64,000 bases of DNA from an uncultured Bacillota bacterium. Its GTDB lineage: Bacteria > Bacillota_I > Bacilli_A > RF39 > UBA660. The notes below the pieces were generated by a model. The model was not told the origin of the DNA, ran no database searches, and was given only the letters and a program-made list of their open reading frames with translations. The position numbers and the translations under genes were made by a program. The DNA lies in the NCBI GenBank assembly GCA_945867665.1, contig CAMBIR010000003.1, positions 18,757 to 82,756 of the forward strand, in the 5' to 3' direction. Position 1 is the stretch's first letter, and each line of letters begins with the position of its first letter. Below are positions 28,237-39,264 of this stretch, piece by piece.

Positions 28237-31200
28237 TTAAACATTAATTTTTTCTAATCTTAACCCAACTTCAAATTCATTAATTTTCTCTAACGTACTA
28301 TCGTCACTTACCCTCTCCATCTTTAAAGCAAGTGTTTCATCACAAATAAACTTAATATAATCACTTATCTTCGCACTATATAAATCACTAGACGAATAAT
28401 AAATACAAATCCTATCTGCAATATCAAAGCCCATACTCTTTCTTAGATTCTGAATCTTAGAAATTGTCTCTCTAGCAAGACCTTCATTAATCAAATCATC
28501 GGTTAATTCTAAATCAAGAATAACAATCAAATTCCCATTTACACAGACATTAAATCCTTCCTTAGATTCAATTCTTTTCTCAATCAATTCTTCAGTTACC
28601 TGATATTCAGTCCCATTTAGTGAAATAGTTAAATTCCCATGCGCCAACTTCTCTAAATCTTCTTTAGTAATAGTAGTTAAATAATCACTGAATGCTTTCA
28701 TATCCTTACCAAATACCTTACCCGCTACTCTGAAATTAGGTTTATAAGTAATATTCATATATAAGTTAACATCATCAACATATAATACTTCTTTAACATT
28801 CAACTCTTCTTTAATTAATACTTCAAGTCCGAAAAGTTTTTCTTTAAGAGAAGAAGATAACATTACACTCTTAATTGGTTGTCTAACTTTTATCTTAGAC
28901 TCTTCCCTTATATTTCTTCCCATCGTAATTAAGTCTCTAACCAAATCCATTTTATATTCTAGCCCTTCATTAATTAATTCACTAGAGCAAATAGGAAAAT
29001 CAGCTAAATGAACGGATTTTTTCTTTGTTAATTTTGTATAGATTTCTTCTGTTAAATAAGGAATAATCGGAGCACATAAACGGCATAATCCTTCCATTAC
29101 TTCATAAGTAGTCATATAAACACTTCTTTTACTAGTATTCATATCGCTTCCCCAAAAACGATTTCGATTTCTTCTAATATACCAATTCGATAAATCTTCA
29201 GAAACAAAATTAGTAATCTCTCTAACGACCAAATTTAAATCATATGCCTCATAAAATTCTCTTACCTTTTTAATTAGATGATTGTATTTACTTAAAAGCC
29301 ACTTATCAATCTCTTCTCTATCCTCATACTTAACCTTGCAGTCTTCAATATTAATCTTGTCAATATTTGCATACGTTTGAAAGAATGTATAAGTATTCCT
29401 AAATGGATTAAAGAACTTACTATGAACTTCTCTTACTCCAGCCTCAGAAAACTTTAAAGGCGTCCAAACAGGAGATGTGTATAACATATACCACCTGATA
29501 TTATCTGCCCCATACTTCTCCATCATCTCTACAGGATCAACAATATTTCCAACAGACTTACTCATCTTTTTACCAAATTCATCCAACATCATATCATTAA
29601 CAACAACGTTTTTAAATGAACTTTCTCCCGAAATAATCGTAGAAATAACAAGTAAAACATAGAACCAACCTCTAGTTTGATCAAGTCCTTCCGCAATAAA
29701 ATCAGCAGGAAATTGACTTTTAAATAATTCTTGATTTTCAAAAGGATAATGAAATTGGGCATAAGGCATCGAACCAGAATCAAACCAAACATCTAAAACA
29801 TCTTTAACACGAGTCATTTCTTTACCACAAGAACATTTTAAATGAATTTGATCAACATAAGGACGATGTAGTTCCAACTCTCTTACATTAACATCCTCAA
29901 CCACATTTTCTTGCAACTCATCTAGAGAACCAATAACCTTTCTTTTACCACAAGAACATTCCCAAACAGGAAGTGGACAACCCCAATAACGATTTCTAGA
30001 AATTCCCCAATCAACTATATTCTCAAGCCAATTTCCAAAACGTTTTTCTCCAACATAAGCGGGATACCAATGAATTTTTTTATTTGCCTGGATAATTTTA
30101 TCTTTATATTCAGTAGTTTTAATATACCAAGCAGGTTTAGGATAGCTAATTAAAGGACTCTTACATCTCCAACAATGTGGATAATCATGCTCTATTTTAA
30201 TTTTTTTAAATAACTTATCATTTTCTTTTAACCATTTAATAATATCAATTTCAAGCTCAGGATCCGTAACAAGGCGACCCTCCCATGGACCAGTCGTATA
30301 TCTTCCATCAAGTCCAACTGGATTCACAAAACCAATCCCATTTTGAGAACAAACACGGTTATCATCAGCACCAAACGCAGGAGCAATATGAACAATACCT
30401 GTACCATCACTATCCGTTACATAATGATCCGCAATAACTTCATGACATTTCCCTTCAACATGAACAAAAGGCATTAATTGTTCATATTTTATTCCAACCA
30501 AATCACTACCTTTAAAAGTATCAATTACTTCATAATCTTCCCCAAGTACTCGTTCAGCAAGACTTTCTGCGACAATAAATTGATATCCCTTAGAACTAGC
30601 CTTAATATAAGTCATATCAGGATTAACACAAATCGCAACATTCGCCATCAAAGTCCAAGGCGTTGTCGTCCAAGCTAAGAAATATTCATCAGCATCTACT
30701 CGTTTTAAAGGAACAATAACGGTATTCACACTAGTTTTAGTATACCCTTGTGATACTTCAAATTGAGATAATTCTGTACCACATCTAGGACAATACCATA
30801 GCACTTTATTCCCGTGATATAAAAGCCCCTTCTCATCCATTTGTTTAATAATCCACCACTCTGACTCAATATAATCATTAGAACAAGTAATATAAGGATT
30901 TTTACAATCAATAAATTGCCCCATCATATCAGTAATATGATTTACTTCATTAATATTTGTCGCCGTTGCCTTATTACACTCACGACAAAAAGCATCTACA
31001 CCAAATTTTTCAATATCCGCTTTACCAGTAAATCCCAACTTTTTTTCAACATTTACTTCAATAGGAAGGCCATGCGTATCAAGACCAATCTTTCTTAATA
31101 CTCTATATCCATTCATAACCTTATACTTACAAAAAGAATCTTTAATCGTCTTCGCAAAAACATGATGAATACCAGGTTTAGCATTTGCATAAATAGGACC

Positions 31201-31353
31201 ATCATAAAAAACAAAATCCTTCTTACCTTCACGATTTTTTATGGTTTCATTTAAAATATCTTCTTTTTTCCAAGTATCTAGTATACTTTTTTCAACTTCC
31301 TTAACCTCTCTTTTATCTAAGCTCTCGTACATTTCAATCATCCTTCTTTCCAA
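28237..31353 (-). CDS. ileS: Isoleucine--tRNA ligase
   Basis: 1038 aa. 'HHVF' HIGH-like motif and 'KMSKS' ('KMSKSVGN') are present. Confidence 0.95.
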   Translation of the reverse strand: MERRMIEMYESLDKREVKEVEKSILDTWKKEDILNETIKNREGKKDFVFYDGPIYANAKPGIHHVFAKTIKDSFCKYKVMNGYRVLRKIGLDTHGLPIEVNVEKKLGFTGKADIEKFGVDAFCRECNKATATNINEVNHITDMMGQFIDCKNPYITCSNDYIESEWWIIKQMDEKGLLYHGNKVLWYCPRCGTELSQFEVSQGYTKTSVNTVIVPLKRVDADEYFLAWTTTPWTLMANVAICVNPDMTYIKASSKGYQFIVAESLAERVLGEDYEVIDTFKGSDLVGIKYEQLMPFVHVEGKCHEVIADHYVTDSDGTGIVHIAPAFGADDNRVCSQNGIGFVNPVGLDGRYTTGPWEGRLVTDPELEIDIIKWLKENDKLFKKIKIEHDYPHCWRCKSPLISYPKPAWYIKTTEYKDKIIQANKKIHWYPAYVGEKRFGNWLENIVDWGISRNRYWGCPLPVWECSCGKRKVIGSLDELQENVVEDVNVRELELHRPYVDQIHLKCSCGKEMTRVKDVLDVWFDSGSMPYAQFHYPFENQELFKSQFPADFIAEGLDQTRGWFYVLLVISTIISGESSFKNVVVNDMMLDEFGKKMSKSVGNIVDPVEMMEKYGADNIRWYMLYTSPVWTPLKFSEAGVREVHSKFFNPFRNTYTFFQTYANIDKINIEDCKVKYEDREEIDKWLLSKYNHLIKKVREFYEAYDLNLVVREITNFVSEDLSNWYIRRNRNRFWGSDMNTSKRSVYMTTYEVMEGLCRLCAPIIPYLTEEIYTKLTKKKSVHLADFPICSSELINEGLEYKMDLVRDLITMGRNIREESKIKVRQPIKSVMLSSSLKEKLFGLEVLIKEELNVKEVLYVDDVNLYMNITYKPNFRVAGKVFGKDMKAFSDYLTTITKEDLEKLAHGNLTISLNGTEYQVTEELIEKRIESKEGFNVCVNGNLIVILDLELTDDLINEGLARETISKIQNLRKSMGFDIADRICIYYSSSDLYSAKISDYIKFICDETLALKMERVSDDSTLEKINEFEVGLRLEKINV

Positions 31354-31359
31354 AATAAA

Positions 31360-31620
31360 AACACAAAAACTTCTAAATTTAAGGACGAGATAACACGCGG
31401 TACCACCTTAATTCACAAAATTTTTGTGCACTTCATTCACATAACGGGATCTAACCCGGACACTTTCTACTTAAGTTCAAAAGTTCACATTCCAGAGTGA
31501 TTCTTATTTAACATTTATTATCTATCTCTCACCATTAATAGACTCTCTTTTAAATAAACCCTTTAAATAACGTCTCCTTCAATTGCTTTAACAAATTTAA
31601 ACTAATTATAAAAAAAATAG
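31360..31620 (-). promoter_or_regulatory. T-box riboswitch leader of ileS
   Basis: The minus-strand read contains the T-box consensus 'AATTAAGGTGGTACCGCG' (31383..31400 on the plus strand as its reverse complement) about 30 nt before the ileS RBS. Confidence 0.7.
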
Positions 31621-32015
31621 AAATAAAAGTCAATAGAAGCATTTTACTTTTCTAAATAATTGATAATTTAAAAGATAAACAAAGAATACTTAAACTTTTT
31701 TCTATAAAAATACATATCACTATAAATAATAATAAAAATTGCCGTTACAATAATAGAATTCAATAATTTTTCATTCCCAATTAAACTTTTCAATATTATC
31801 ATTAAATTCAGATAACTCTTTCAATACAAGAAGAAATGAAAAAGATAATACCTAAATAAAGACTTATAAATGTTGCTATTTCTTCCAAATCAATAATATA
31901 AGTTCTCGTTCTAGCCTCTAAAGTCGTATAATTAATATACCCATTCTTTTTCATAGCAAGTTCTTTATCCTCAACCGTTTTTTCTGCTCAGTATTATTCA
32001 CTTTTCTTAGTATTT

Positions 32016-32609
32016 TTAAGATATATTTTCTAGTATTTCACCAACAAAAATAGTAATATACCCAACAATAAAGCAAAAATAGTACTGCCTTACATAATCT
32101 AGGTAAAATTCATTCCCATTATTGATATAGCCATCATGAAAAATATTATGTAAAAAGTTTTGATCTAAATAAAAACGAGAAAAGATAAATAGAACAAACA
32201 AACTAAAAAGAATAACCAAGTTATCATACCAACTATCCTTTTTCTTAATAACCATTGAAAAAACAAAATAACTAAAAATAACCATTACATATAATAAAGA
32301 TAACCAATCATAATCAAAATCTCTCATTAAAATAGTTTCTTTAATAATTTTAAAAATAATAAGAAAAAAAATAACAATATGATAAATCATAAAAGCAATA
32401 TTTACTTTTTTACTTTTCTTTAAAAGAAAAAGAATTTGCCCTCCTACCGTAAATGGCAACAATAAAGTAAAAATAGTAAAAATATCTTGCAATATTATTC
32501 CATTGATTCCTATTTTAATCAAGTTCAAATCAGTCACATAAAAGAAAAAGAAAGAAACAAAAACCACAAGAAACAAAAGAATATTCTTAAAAAACACCTT
32601 ACCATTCAT
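32016..32609 (-). CDS. Hypothetical integral membrane protein
   Basis: 197 aa with about five TM segments. Confidence 0.35.
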   Translation of the reverse strand: MNGKVFFKNILLFLVVFVSFFFFYVTDLNLIKIGINGIILQDIFTIFTLLLPFTVGGQILFLLKKSKKVNIAFMIYHIVIFFLIIFKIIKETILMRDFDYDWLSLLYVMVIFSYFVFSMVIKKKDSWYDNLVILFSLFVLFIFSRFYLDQNFLHNIFHDGYINNGNEFYLDYVRQYYFCFIVGYITIFVGEILENIS

Positions 32610-32980
32610 TTAATCTCACCTACCTTAATCACGTCATTTAGTATTTTATTATAAATTTTATATTGATAATGAATAATTGTTAATGGATTAGGAAGATAAC
32701 CATTATAAGGAAGCCTAAATTGATAAGAATAAGGTTGCTCCAAATAAGTAAACACTTCAAAATAACTTTTCCTTAAATCAGATAAATTTTCATTAATATA
32801 AATTAGATTATCACCTAAAGTATTATCTTTTTTTAGTAAAATTTTATATATTTCCTTTTCATCTACATTACCATCCGTAAGAAAATTATAATCACTATAG
32901 AACTGAATAAATTTTTTAAATGTATATTTTTTATGATTCAAATAATAATCTACTTTCCCTTTTTCTAACATATTCTTCAT
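32606..32980 (-). CDS. Hypothetical protein
   Basis: 124 aa ORF overlapping the downstream gene by 4 nt. Confidence 0.35.
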   Translation of the reverse strand: MKNMLEKGKVDYYLNHKKYTFKKFIQFYSDYNFLTDGNVDEKEIYKILLKKDNTLGDNLIYINENLSDLRKSYFEVFTYLEQPYSYQFRLPYNGYLPNPLTIIHYQYKIYNKILNDVIKVGEIK

Positions 32981-33071
32981 TAAATCAACATTTATTTTTA
33001 AAGTATTGTACTCCTCATCATTAAAAGTTCCCTAGTTAGAATAAAATTTATTCATTTTAAAGTTAACCTCT

Positions 33072-33542
33072 CTAATTAAAAAAAGATAAATCCCTAATAT
33101 ATTTTTGATAATCATTATCAGTTGGATAATGAAATTTATTCTGAGATACATCTACCACCCTTATTTCCATAAAAATACTTTTTAGGTTAGTAAAAAAGAA
33201 AAAAAGACAAAAACTTGCAATAAGAAAAGAAGCAAAATAACGAAATATTTTTTGAAATAAAATAATTATACATGTTCTAGAATATTTCATCATTGCAATA
33301 AAATCAGTAAAATTAGAATCTTTTTTATTTTCTAATCTTTTTCCTTGAATTAACTCCAAAACATTAACCCCCAAAATATTTGCCAGATCTTCTAAAATCA
33401 TAATATCAGGTAAACTTAAACCCCGTTCCCATTTACTAACCGCTTTATCTGTAAGACTAAGTTTCTCTGCTAGATCTTTTTGAGTCATTTTTAGATTTAA
33501 ACGACACTCACGAATAAAACTTCCTATTTTTAAATTATTCAT
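33072..33542 (-). CDS. XRE-family HTH regulator with C-terminal TM segment
   Basis: 'MTQKDLAEKLSLTDKAVSKWERGLSLPD' HTH followed by the hydrophobic 'FASFLIASFCLFFFF'. Paralogous to ORF 9201..9890. Confidence 0.6.
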   Translation of the reverse strand: MNNLKIGSFIRECRLNLKMTQKDLAEKLSLTDKAVSKWERGLSLPDIMILEDLANILGVNVLELIQGKRLENKKDSNFTDFIAMMKYSRTCIIILFQKIFRYFASFLIASFCLFFFFTNLKSIFMEIRVVDVSQNKFHYPTDNDYQKYIRDLSFFN

Positions 33543-33624
33543 TTTACCTCTCCTATCTCTAAGTTGAATTTAACATACAATAAAATAAATTTCAATAAAC
33601 CATTGGTAGAATAATCTAAAATTT

Positions 33625-33659
33625 AAAAAAAAAGCACTCAACACTTATCATTGAGCACT
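33625..33659 (-). terminator. Rho-independent terminator downstream of the surface-protein gene
   Basis: Minus-strand stem 'agtgctcaa…ttgagtgct' followed by nine Ts. Confidence 0.6.
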
Positions 33660-33667
33660 AAATAATT

Positions 33668-36600
33668 TTAATTTAATTTATTAAGATAAATTTTTCTCTT
33701 TCTAATCTTTCCATTATTATTAAACTTATTTTTATTAGAATAATAATACATTCCTACTCCAATAATTAAACAAGATAAAGTAATAACAATAATTGTAATA
33801 ATATATTTATCACCCGTTTTAACATCATTAATAGGTTTATCATGCATTACAATTTTATTATCAGACAAAGGATTTCCATCAACATCAGTTAAAACACCAT
33901 TATCATTCATTTTAAAGAAAATTGTCTCGGCAACCTCATAACCATTAGGAGCTGTAATTTCTACTAAAGCATAAGTACCACTAGGTAGTCCAGAAATTTC
34001 ATGAGGCGTATCTTTACTTTCCCAAGAAGCATCAGAACCGTCTGATAAAATAGGTGTATCGCACCCTGACAAATCATTAACTTCGTCTCCCGTTTCGCCT
34101 GTAGATAAAACCGCAGAATATTTGCCATCATCACCCTTAACTGCATCACAAATTCTTAACTTTGCACCAGGTATCTCTTTTGAAGTTACGATATCCGTTT
34201 TACTAATTGTAACTTTATTAAGTTCATTTCTTACAACTAAGGTTACATTTGAAAGTATCCCATTTTTACTATCTCCTATATGTTCTCCTTCAATATTATC
34301 AACTATTTCCCCTTTATCATTAATCGTAAACTTAGTTGTAGTAGTAGTTTTTTTGTAACCTGCAGCCGGAATTGTCTCAGATAAACAATATGTTCCAGCA
34401 GCAAGTCCAGAAATTGTAACAGGTTCATCAGAAGATACCCACTTTAATCCATCTAAATAGTTATAATTATTATCAACTACGGTATCACTAGAATTATCAT
34501 CTGAACTATCTTCAGTAGTAGAATTAGACGTATTTGGCTTACTATCTTCAGTAGTATTTTTTTCGTCCTCAACATAAGTAACCGGACTATAAGCTCGGTA
34601 CGAAAAAACCAAAGCACTAGAATTTTTTTTACTAACTAAATTATTGGTACATTTTCCATTTTCTGATGTATATAACGCCAAGGTTGCACCAGGTAATTCA
34701 TCAGTACCCGTAATTGCTTTTTTACTAATTTTAATACTATTTAAAGTATTAAGAACAGTAATATGAAAGTTCCCATTGGCTGTTGCTACTTGTGTCATAT
34801 AGTAATCTTCACTACAATACTTATCACTATCAGCAGCAACACCATCATTAGTATTATAACAAACTTTAACTTGAGAAGTATATTCTTTTGACTTTACAAC
34901 TACTTCTTGCGGAACTTTTTCCGAATAAACAGGAATTCCATCTTCATCTTCCGTAGACGACAAAACAATATATTTTCCATCTTTTTCGTATACATCAACC
35001 TTAACTAAATTTTTCTCAATACCACTCTTATCAACAGTAGCATCCATATCTTTAGGAATTTCAATTGTATAAATAGGATCTTCAAATTCGTACTTAGTTG
35101 TACCATCATCATCCACAGTTTTATTTCCATGCTTATAAATTTTTGTTGACTCTTTTGGAATATTTGAAGTGGTATAAAAAATTTTTTCTTTATCAGAAAC
35201 AGTATATTTATATTCATAAACTTTTTCCGCATCTGTATAAACTTTTTTACCATTTCCTACATCAAATACACTTTTTAATGAAACTTTATCACTTTTAGCA
35301 AATTTAGTATAATTATCAAAAAGTTGCTTTCCATTATTTTCAACTGGCGTCTTCTCCCATTTATCACTATTACTCGATTTATGATATTCATAATATAAAG
35401 TATTATTAGTTCCCAGAGATATCGTTTCACAATCCGAAGCAATTTTTTTATATCCACTAGGAGAAACAACTTCCTCATAGCATAATTTATTTCCATTTTT
35501 ATAATTATCATCTTCCGTAAGTTCATTAACTGTACAAGAAGTATCATTTCCATTAGAATTTGTTCTACACAATTCTTTTAATTCTTTTCCATTAGCATCT
35601 GCTATATACAACCTCAACGTAGCATTTTTTAAAGCTTTTCCTGTCTCATCAACCTTCTCAATTAACGCAGAATGTTTTCCTTCAGCAGAATAAGTAAAAT
35701 TTTGGTTAGCAACTACCTGTCTAGTTACAGGAACTGAAGACACTTCTGTTTGCAACACTTGTGGATGTTTACCGCACCCCTTTGTACATTCAAAAATATT
35801 AGCAGAAGGATAATTACTTGAATTTTCTCCTACAATAGAAACAGAAACAGTACCACCTGTATTACCACCATTCACCACTTTAAGAGAATAAGTACCATTG
35901 ACTAAATTGGTTGCCCCAGAAGCATAACATTGACTATCATTATTATTTAAACACAAATAAGCAACTGATCCAGAAGCACTACTAGTAATATTAAGCGTAT
36001 ATTTAGGAACAGTAGAAGAATAATAACCACTTCGATTACCACCATAATTAGTACTTTCCATTCCTTGAATAGTAATATTTCCATTACCATCCATTGCAGA
36101 ACGATAAGTATATCCACCTCCTGTTTGATGAGATACATTACTAATAACTTGGCTAGTTGATATAATATCTAATTTAGGCAAAGAAGAAGTTTTTGATCCT
36201 TCATTAAATTGATATTCCCCAACATAATTTTTAGCAGTACTAATTAAACTTTTAATTGCACTCTTAGAGCAAAAAGAATTATTTATATTGTATTTATTAA
36301 CCGAAGCTTTTCCTTTAAAATAGCAAGTCAACGCCTCTTGAATATTCTCGTACTCTGTATTTCCCGAATATTTCTTTTTTCCAATTCTTATAATTTGCCC
36401 CGCTACAAGATTATCCCTATTATAATTATTAGTACCTGTAACAATCTCATAAGTAGCCCCTGCACTAGGAACATTCCAACTTCTAGTAGTACAATATGCC
36501 TTTTTTCCATCCAACTTTTTACCAGTATCACTACCATTATAAAGTTGAGAAGCATTTCCTCTTGTTAATTTAGCCGCATAAACACTAGGCACAAAAGCTA

Positions 36601-36676
36601 GTAACATCCAACAAAAAGTAAAAAAACATAAAAATTTTCTTCTTATTTCTTTTCTCATCACTTTTTCACTCCTCAA
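33668..36676 (-). CDS. Large cell-surface protein with Cna-B/SpaA-type repeat domains and C-terminal anchor
   Basis: 1002 aa. It has an N-terminal signal peptide. Repeats of the type '…TGTDELPGATLALY…' and '…KEIPGAKLRICD…' match the Cna-B-like 'LxGAxFxL' pattern. The C-terminus 'NDVKTGDKYIITIIVITLSCLIIGVGMYYYSNKNKFNNNGKIRKRK' has a motif, a TM segment and a positive tail. Confidence 0.6.
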   Translation of the reverse strand: MRSEKVMRKEIRRKFLCFFTFCWMLLAFVPSVYAAKLTRGNASQLYNGSDTGKKLDGKKAYCTTRSWNVPSAGATYEIVTGTNNYNRDNLVAGQIIRIGKKKYSGNTEYENIQEALTCYFKGKASVNKYNINNSFCSKSAIKSLISTAKNYVGEYQFNEGSKTSSLPKLDIISTSQVISNVSHQTGGGYTYRSAMDGNGNITIQGMESTNYGGNRSGYYSSTVPKYTLNITSSASGSVAYLCLNNNDSQCYASGATNLVNGTYSLKVVNGGNTGGTVSVSIVGENSSNYPSANIFECTKGCGKHPQVLQTEVSSVPVTRQVVANQNFTYSAEGKHSALIEKVDETGKALKNATLRLYIADANGKELKELCRTNSNGNDTSCTVNELTEDDNYKNGNKLCYEEVVSPSGYKKIASDCETISLGTNNTLYYEYHKSSNSDKWEKTPVENNGKQLFDNYTKFAKSDKVSLKSVFDVGNGKKVYTDAEKVYEYKYTVSDKEKIFYTTSNIPKESTKIYKHGNKTVDDDGTTKYEFEDPIYTIEIPKDMDATVDKSGIEKNLVKVDVYEKDGKYIVLSSTEDEDGIPVYSEKVPQEVVVKSKEYTSQVKVCYNTNDGVAADSDKYCSEDYYMTQVATANGNFHITVLNTLNSIKISKKAITGTDELPGATLALYTSENGKCTNNLVSKKNSSALVFSYRAYSPVTYVEDEKNTTEDSKPNTSNSTTEDSSDDNSSDTVVDNNYNYLDGLKWVSSDEPVTISGLAAGTYCLSETIPAAGYKKTTTTTKFTINDKGEIVDNIEGEHIGDSKNGILSNVTLVVRNELNKVTISKTDIVTSKEIPGAKLRICDAVKGDDGKYSAVLSTGETGDEVNDLSGCDTPILSDGSDASWESKDTPHEISGLPSGTYALVEITAPNGYEVAETIFFKMNDNGVLTDVDGNPLSDNKIVMHDKPINDVKTGDKYIITIIVITLSCLIIGVGMYYYSNKNKFNNNGKIRKRKIYLNKLN

Positions 36677-37088
36677 TATTACTTTTTTCTAAAAGTTCCA
36701 ACTGACCTTTAATCAAACTTTCCATTTTTGCTTTATATACACAATAGCTTTTTTTTAAAGATTCATACTCTTGTTCCGTCTTCTGGGCATTCACTAAAGC
36801 CTCATGAACAATTGCACTAGCATTATCCTTAGCTTCTTTTACAATTAAATCAGCTTCCGTTTTGGCTAACTCTTTCATCTTATCTGTTGTCTCTTGTGCC
36901 GCCATCAATGCCCGAGCCACTTTAATATCCGTATCCTGACTAGATTGTTTTTTTAAAGTTTCAAGTTGTTTTAAATAATTACGATTATCTTCGCTAAGTT
37001 TTTCTAACTTTTTGATAACAATATCAATAAAGTTATTAACTTCTTCAATATTATAACCATTATTTACAATACTAAACCGCTTCATCAT
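36666..37088 (-). CDS. DivIVA-domain protein
   Basis: 'FSIVNNGYNIEEVNNFIDIV' DivIVA N-terminal motif followed by coiled coil. Confidence 0.6.
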   Translation of the reverse strand: MMKRFSIVNNGYNIEEVNNFIDIVIKKLEKLSEDNRNYLKQLETLKKQSSQDTDIKVARALMAAQETTDKMKELAKTEADLIVKEAKDNASAIVHEALVNAQKTEQEYESLKKSYCVYKAKMESLIKGQLELLEKSNIEE

Positions 37089-37105
37089 TCACCTTCTAAC
37101 TTTAA

Positions 37106-37498
37106 CTACCAATCTAAGTCAATATCATTATTCTTCATTTTCTTACCCTTATCATCATCATCAGTAATTGCACCCTCAACATCTACATTTTTAGGTGTAC
37201 ATAAGAAAATACCAGCCCCTATTTTTTGTAAATCTCCTCCTAAAGCATAAACAGTACCACTTAAAAAATCAACGATTCTCTTTGCTTGATCCGGAGTAAC
37301 TCTTTTCATATTCACCACTACAGTATTCTTCTTCTTTAAATGATCGGCAATCTGTTGACTCTCAGAGTAAGCACGAGGCTCTAACAAAATCATCTTTCCC
37401 GTATTAGGTGTTGGCATAGTACTACTTTCCTCAACTTCCTCTGACTCTTCATCATCAATTTCATCTACAATCATTTTCTTTAACTTACTAAGTGCCAT
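37106..37498 (-). CDS. sepF: Cell division protein SepF
   Basis: C-terminal 'VVVNMKRV…[26 protein letters not shown]' SepF domain. The start is taken at the internal Met. Confidence 0.75.
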   Translation of the reverse strand: MALSKLKKMIVDEIDDEESEEVEESSTMPTPNTGKMILLEPRAYSESQQIADHLKKKNTVVVNMKRVTPDQAKRIVDFLSGTVYALGGDLQKIGAGIFLCTPKNVDVEGAITDDDDKGKKMKNNDIDLDW

Positions 37499-37618
37499 GT
37501 GATATCCTCTCCTTATTCTTATCTTTACCCCATTATACACTATCTTTTTTTTAATTACAACTTTTTTCCTATATTTGATAGATTTTTTTTACAAATTGTA
37601 AAATAAAAATAAGTACTC

Positions 37619-38656
37619 TTACCGAAACATAAACCCAGTAGCAATCGGTCTTGTTTCTTCTCTCTCATCCCAATTAATCGGATGATTAATCAATTTATTT
37701 TGAATCACCAAAGCACTAGAATTTCCCCCATCCAAATTCGCCGCATTATATGCCCCATACCTTAGCATAATACTAATCAAATCATCCATATCAGCACCAA
37801 TACAATCAATTCTTCGCCCATCGATTACCAAAAATAAAACAACCCCATCCTTTCTTTGACCAATAACCGTCCTTGGATGTCTTCCATATCCTCCATTTCC
37901 AACAACCTTTGATGCTTCTCCATTCACAATCAAAAAAGGACCAAATTCAACCGCATCCCGAATTCCCAAATCAATTGCATCCTTTGCACTTTTTACCTTT
38001 CCCAAATAAAGTTTATTTTCTTTCGTAAAACCAATTAAAGAACCCGATCCCGAACCATAATTTAATATCTTCGAGTCCCGAATAACAACTCCAGATACCT
38101 CAGCCCCAGTCCCAAGACCATTCTCATCAATAAATCCTCCCCCATTAATCGCAACAATCGCCTGATTTTCTTTTGCCATATCCACCAAATATTCCCCACT
38201 CTTACCAAAATTCTTAGCCGTCACCACACTAACCCGAGACGGATCATATATCGCCACCAAATAACCAGAATATCCTCTTCCAGATACCTCAATCATCTTA
38301 TAATCTTCCCCATCTTGATGAAGAAGAATTTCCTTTTCATACTTATCCTTATATACAGAAGTCTTTATACTACTAGTATCAATAATCGATAAATCCGTAT
38401 CTTTGGTAGGCTCAATAATCTTATTTTCCTCTAATATCTTTAAAATAGTCTCTTCCCGATAAAACATCTTAGCCAAATACTGATGATGCAGCGTCGTCAT
38501 TGCAGTTGTCACAAACCAATTTCGAAATTTCGGCATCGGCCCATACAACAAAAAAACAACTCCCCCAATCATCACAATCAAAAAACTAAAAAGAAAAATA
38601 AGTATTTTCTTTACTCTTCCTCCTCTTTTTCCTTTTTTCTCTTTTAACTTTCTCAT
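37619..38656 (-). CDS. Phosphodiester glycosidase family protein
   Basis: N-terminal TM. The 'AINGGGF' and 'NLDGGNSS' motifs are typical of this family. Confidence 0.5.
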   Translation of the reverse strand: MRKLKEKKGKRGGRVKKILIFLFSFLIVMIGGVVFLLYGPMPKFRNWFVTTAMTTLHHQYLAKMFYREETILKILEENKIIEPTKDTDLSIIDTSSIKTSVYKDKYEKEILLHQDGEDYKMIEVSGRGYSGYLVAIYDPSRVSVVTAKNFGKSGEYLVDMAKENQAIVAINGGGFIDENGLGTGAEVSGVVIRDSKILNYGSGSGSLIGFTKENKLYLGKVKSAKDAIDLGIRDAVEFGPFLIVNGEASKVVGNGGYGRHPRTVIGQRKDGVVLFLVIDGRRIDCIGADMDDLISIMLRYGAYNAANLDGGNSSALVIQNKLINHPINWDEREETRPIATGFMFR

Positions 38657-39159
38657 TTCTCTTCCTCCATCATAACTTTAGAAGAAAACGAATCAACCTT
38701 ACCCGGAGCAGATTCATTATATAAAGAAACAATCTCATTAAAAGCAGCAATATCTCTCTGATAAACTTCTAATAACCTCTGATAAGTACTAGCATAATTA
38801 GAACAAATCGAATTAACCGAAGACTTTAAAGAAACATAATCTCTACAATTTTTATCTAATTCCCCCTTTTCATCTTTAATACCAGAAACTATCTTATCCG
38901 CTTCCTCATACAAAGTATAAATACTAGCATATTCCTCCTTAAACTTCTCTTCATAATAACTCTCTAAATACCCAGTAATTTCCTTCTTTTTCTCATTATA
39001 AGAAGAAATATTTTGAGTAAATTCCTGATAAGTATTTTCAATCTCTCCCTCCCTTTTTTTTAACCCTTCTCTAGAGTTTTGCACATTTTTCCAACCAAAA
39101 AAAGCACAACCACCGAAAACAACCAACAGTATTCCCCCAATTATCCATCTTTTTTTCAT
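38653..39159 (-). CDS. Putative lipoprotein, coiled-coil
   Basis: Lipobox 'VVFGGCAF'. Confidence 0.45.
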   Translation of the reverse strand: MKKRWIIGGILLVVFGGCAFFGWKNVQNSREGLKKREGEIENTYQEFTQNISSYNEKKKEITGYLESYYEEKFKEEYASIYTLYEEADKIVSGIKDEKGELDKNCRDYVSLKSSVNSICSNYASTYQRLLEVYQRDIAAFNEIVSLYNESAPGKVDSFSSKVMMEEEK

Positions 39160-39264
39160 CTCTTTCTAAACTCCTTACTCTATTTACTAATAGTATAACA
39201 CATCTCGTTTAAAATACAAAAAAAAATACTTCATAAGAGCTTTTCTCTTACAAAGTATTATCCA

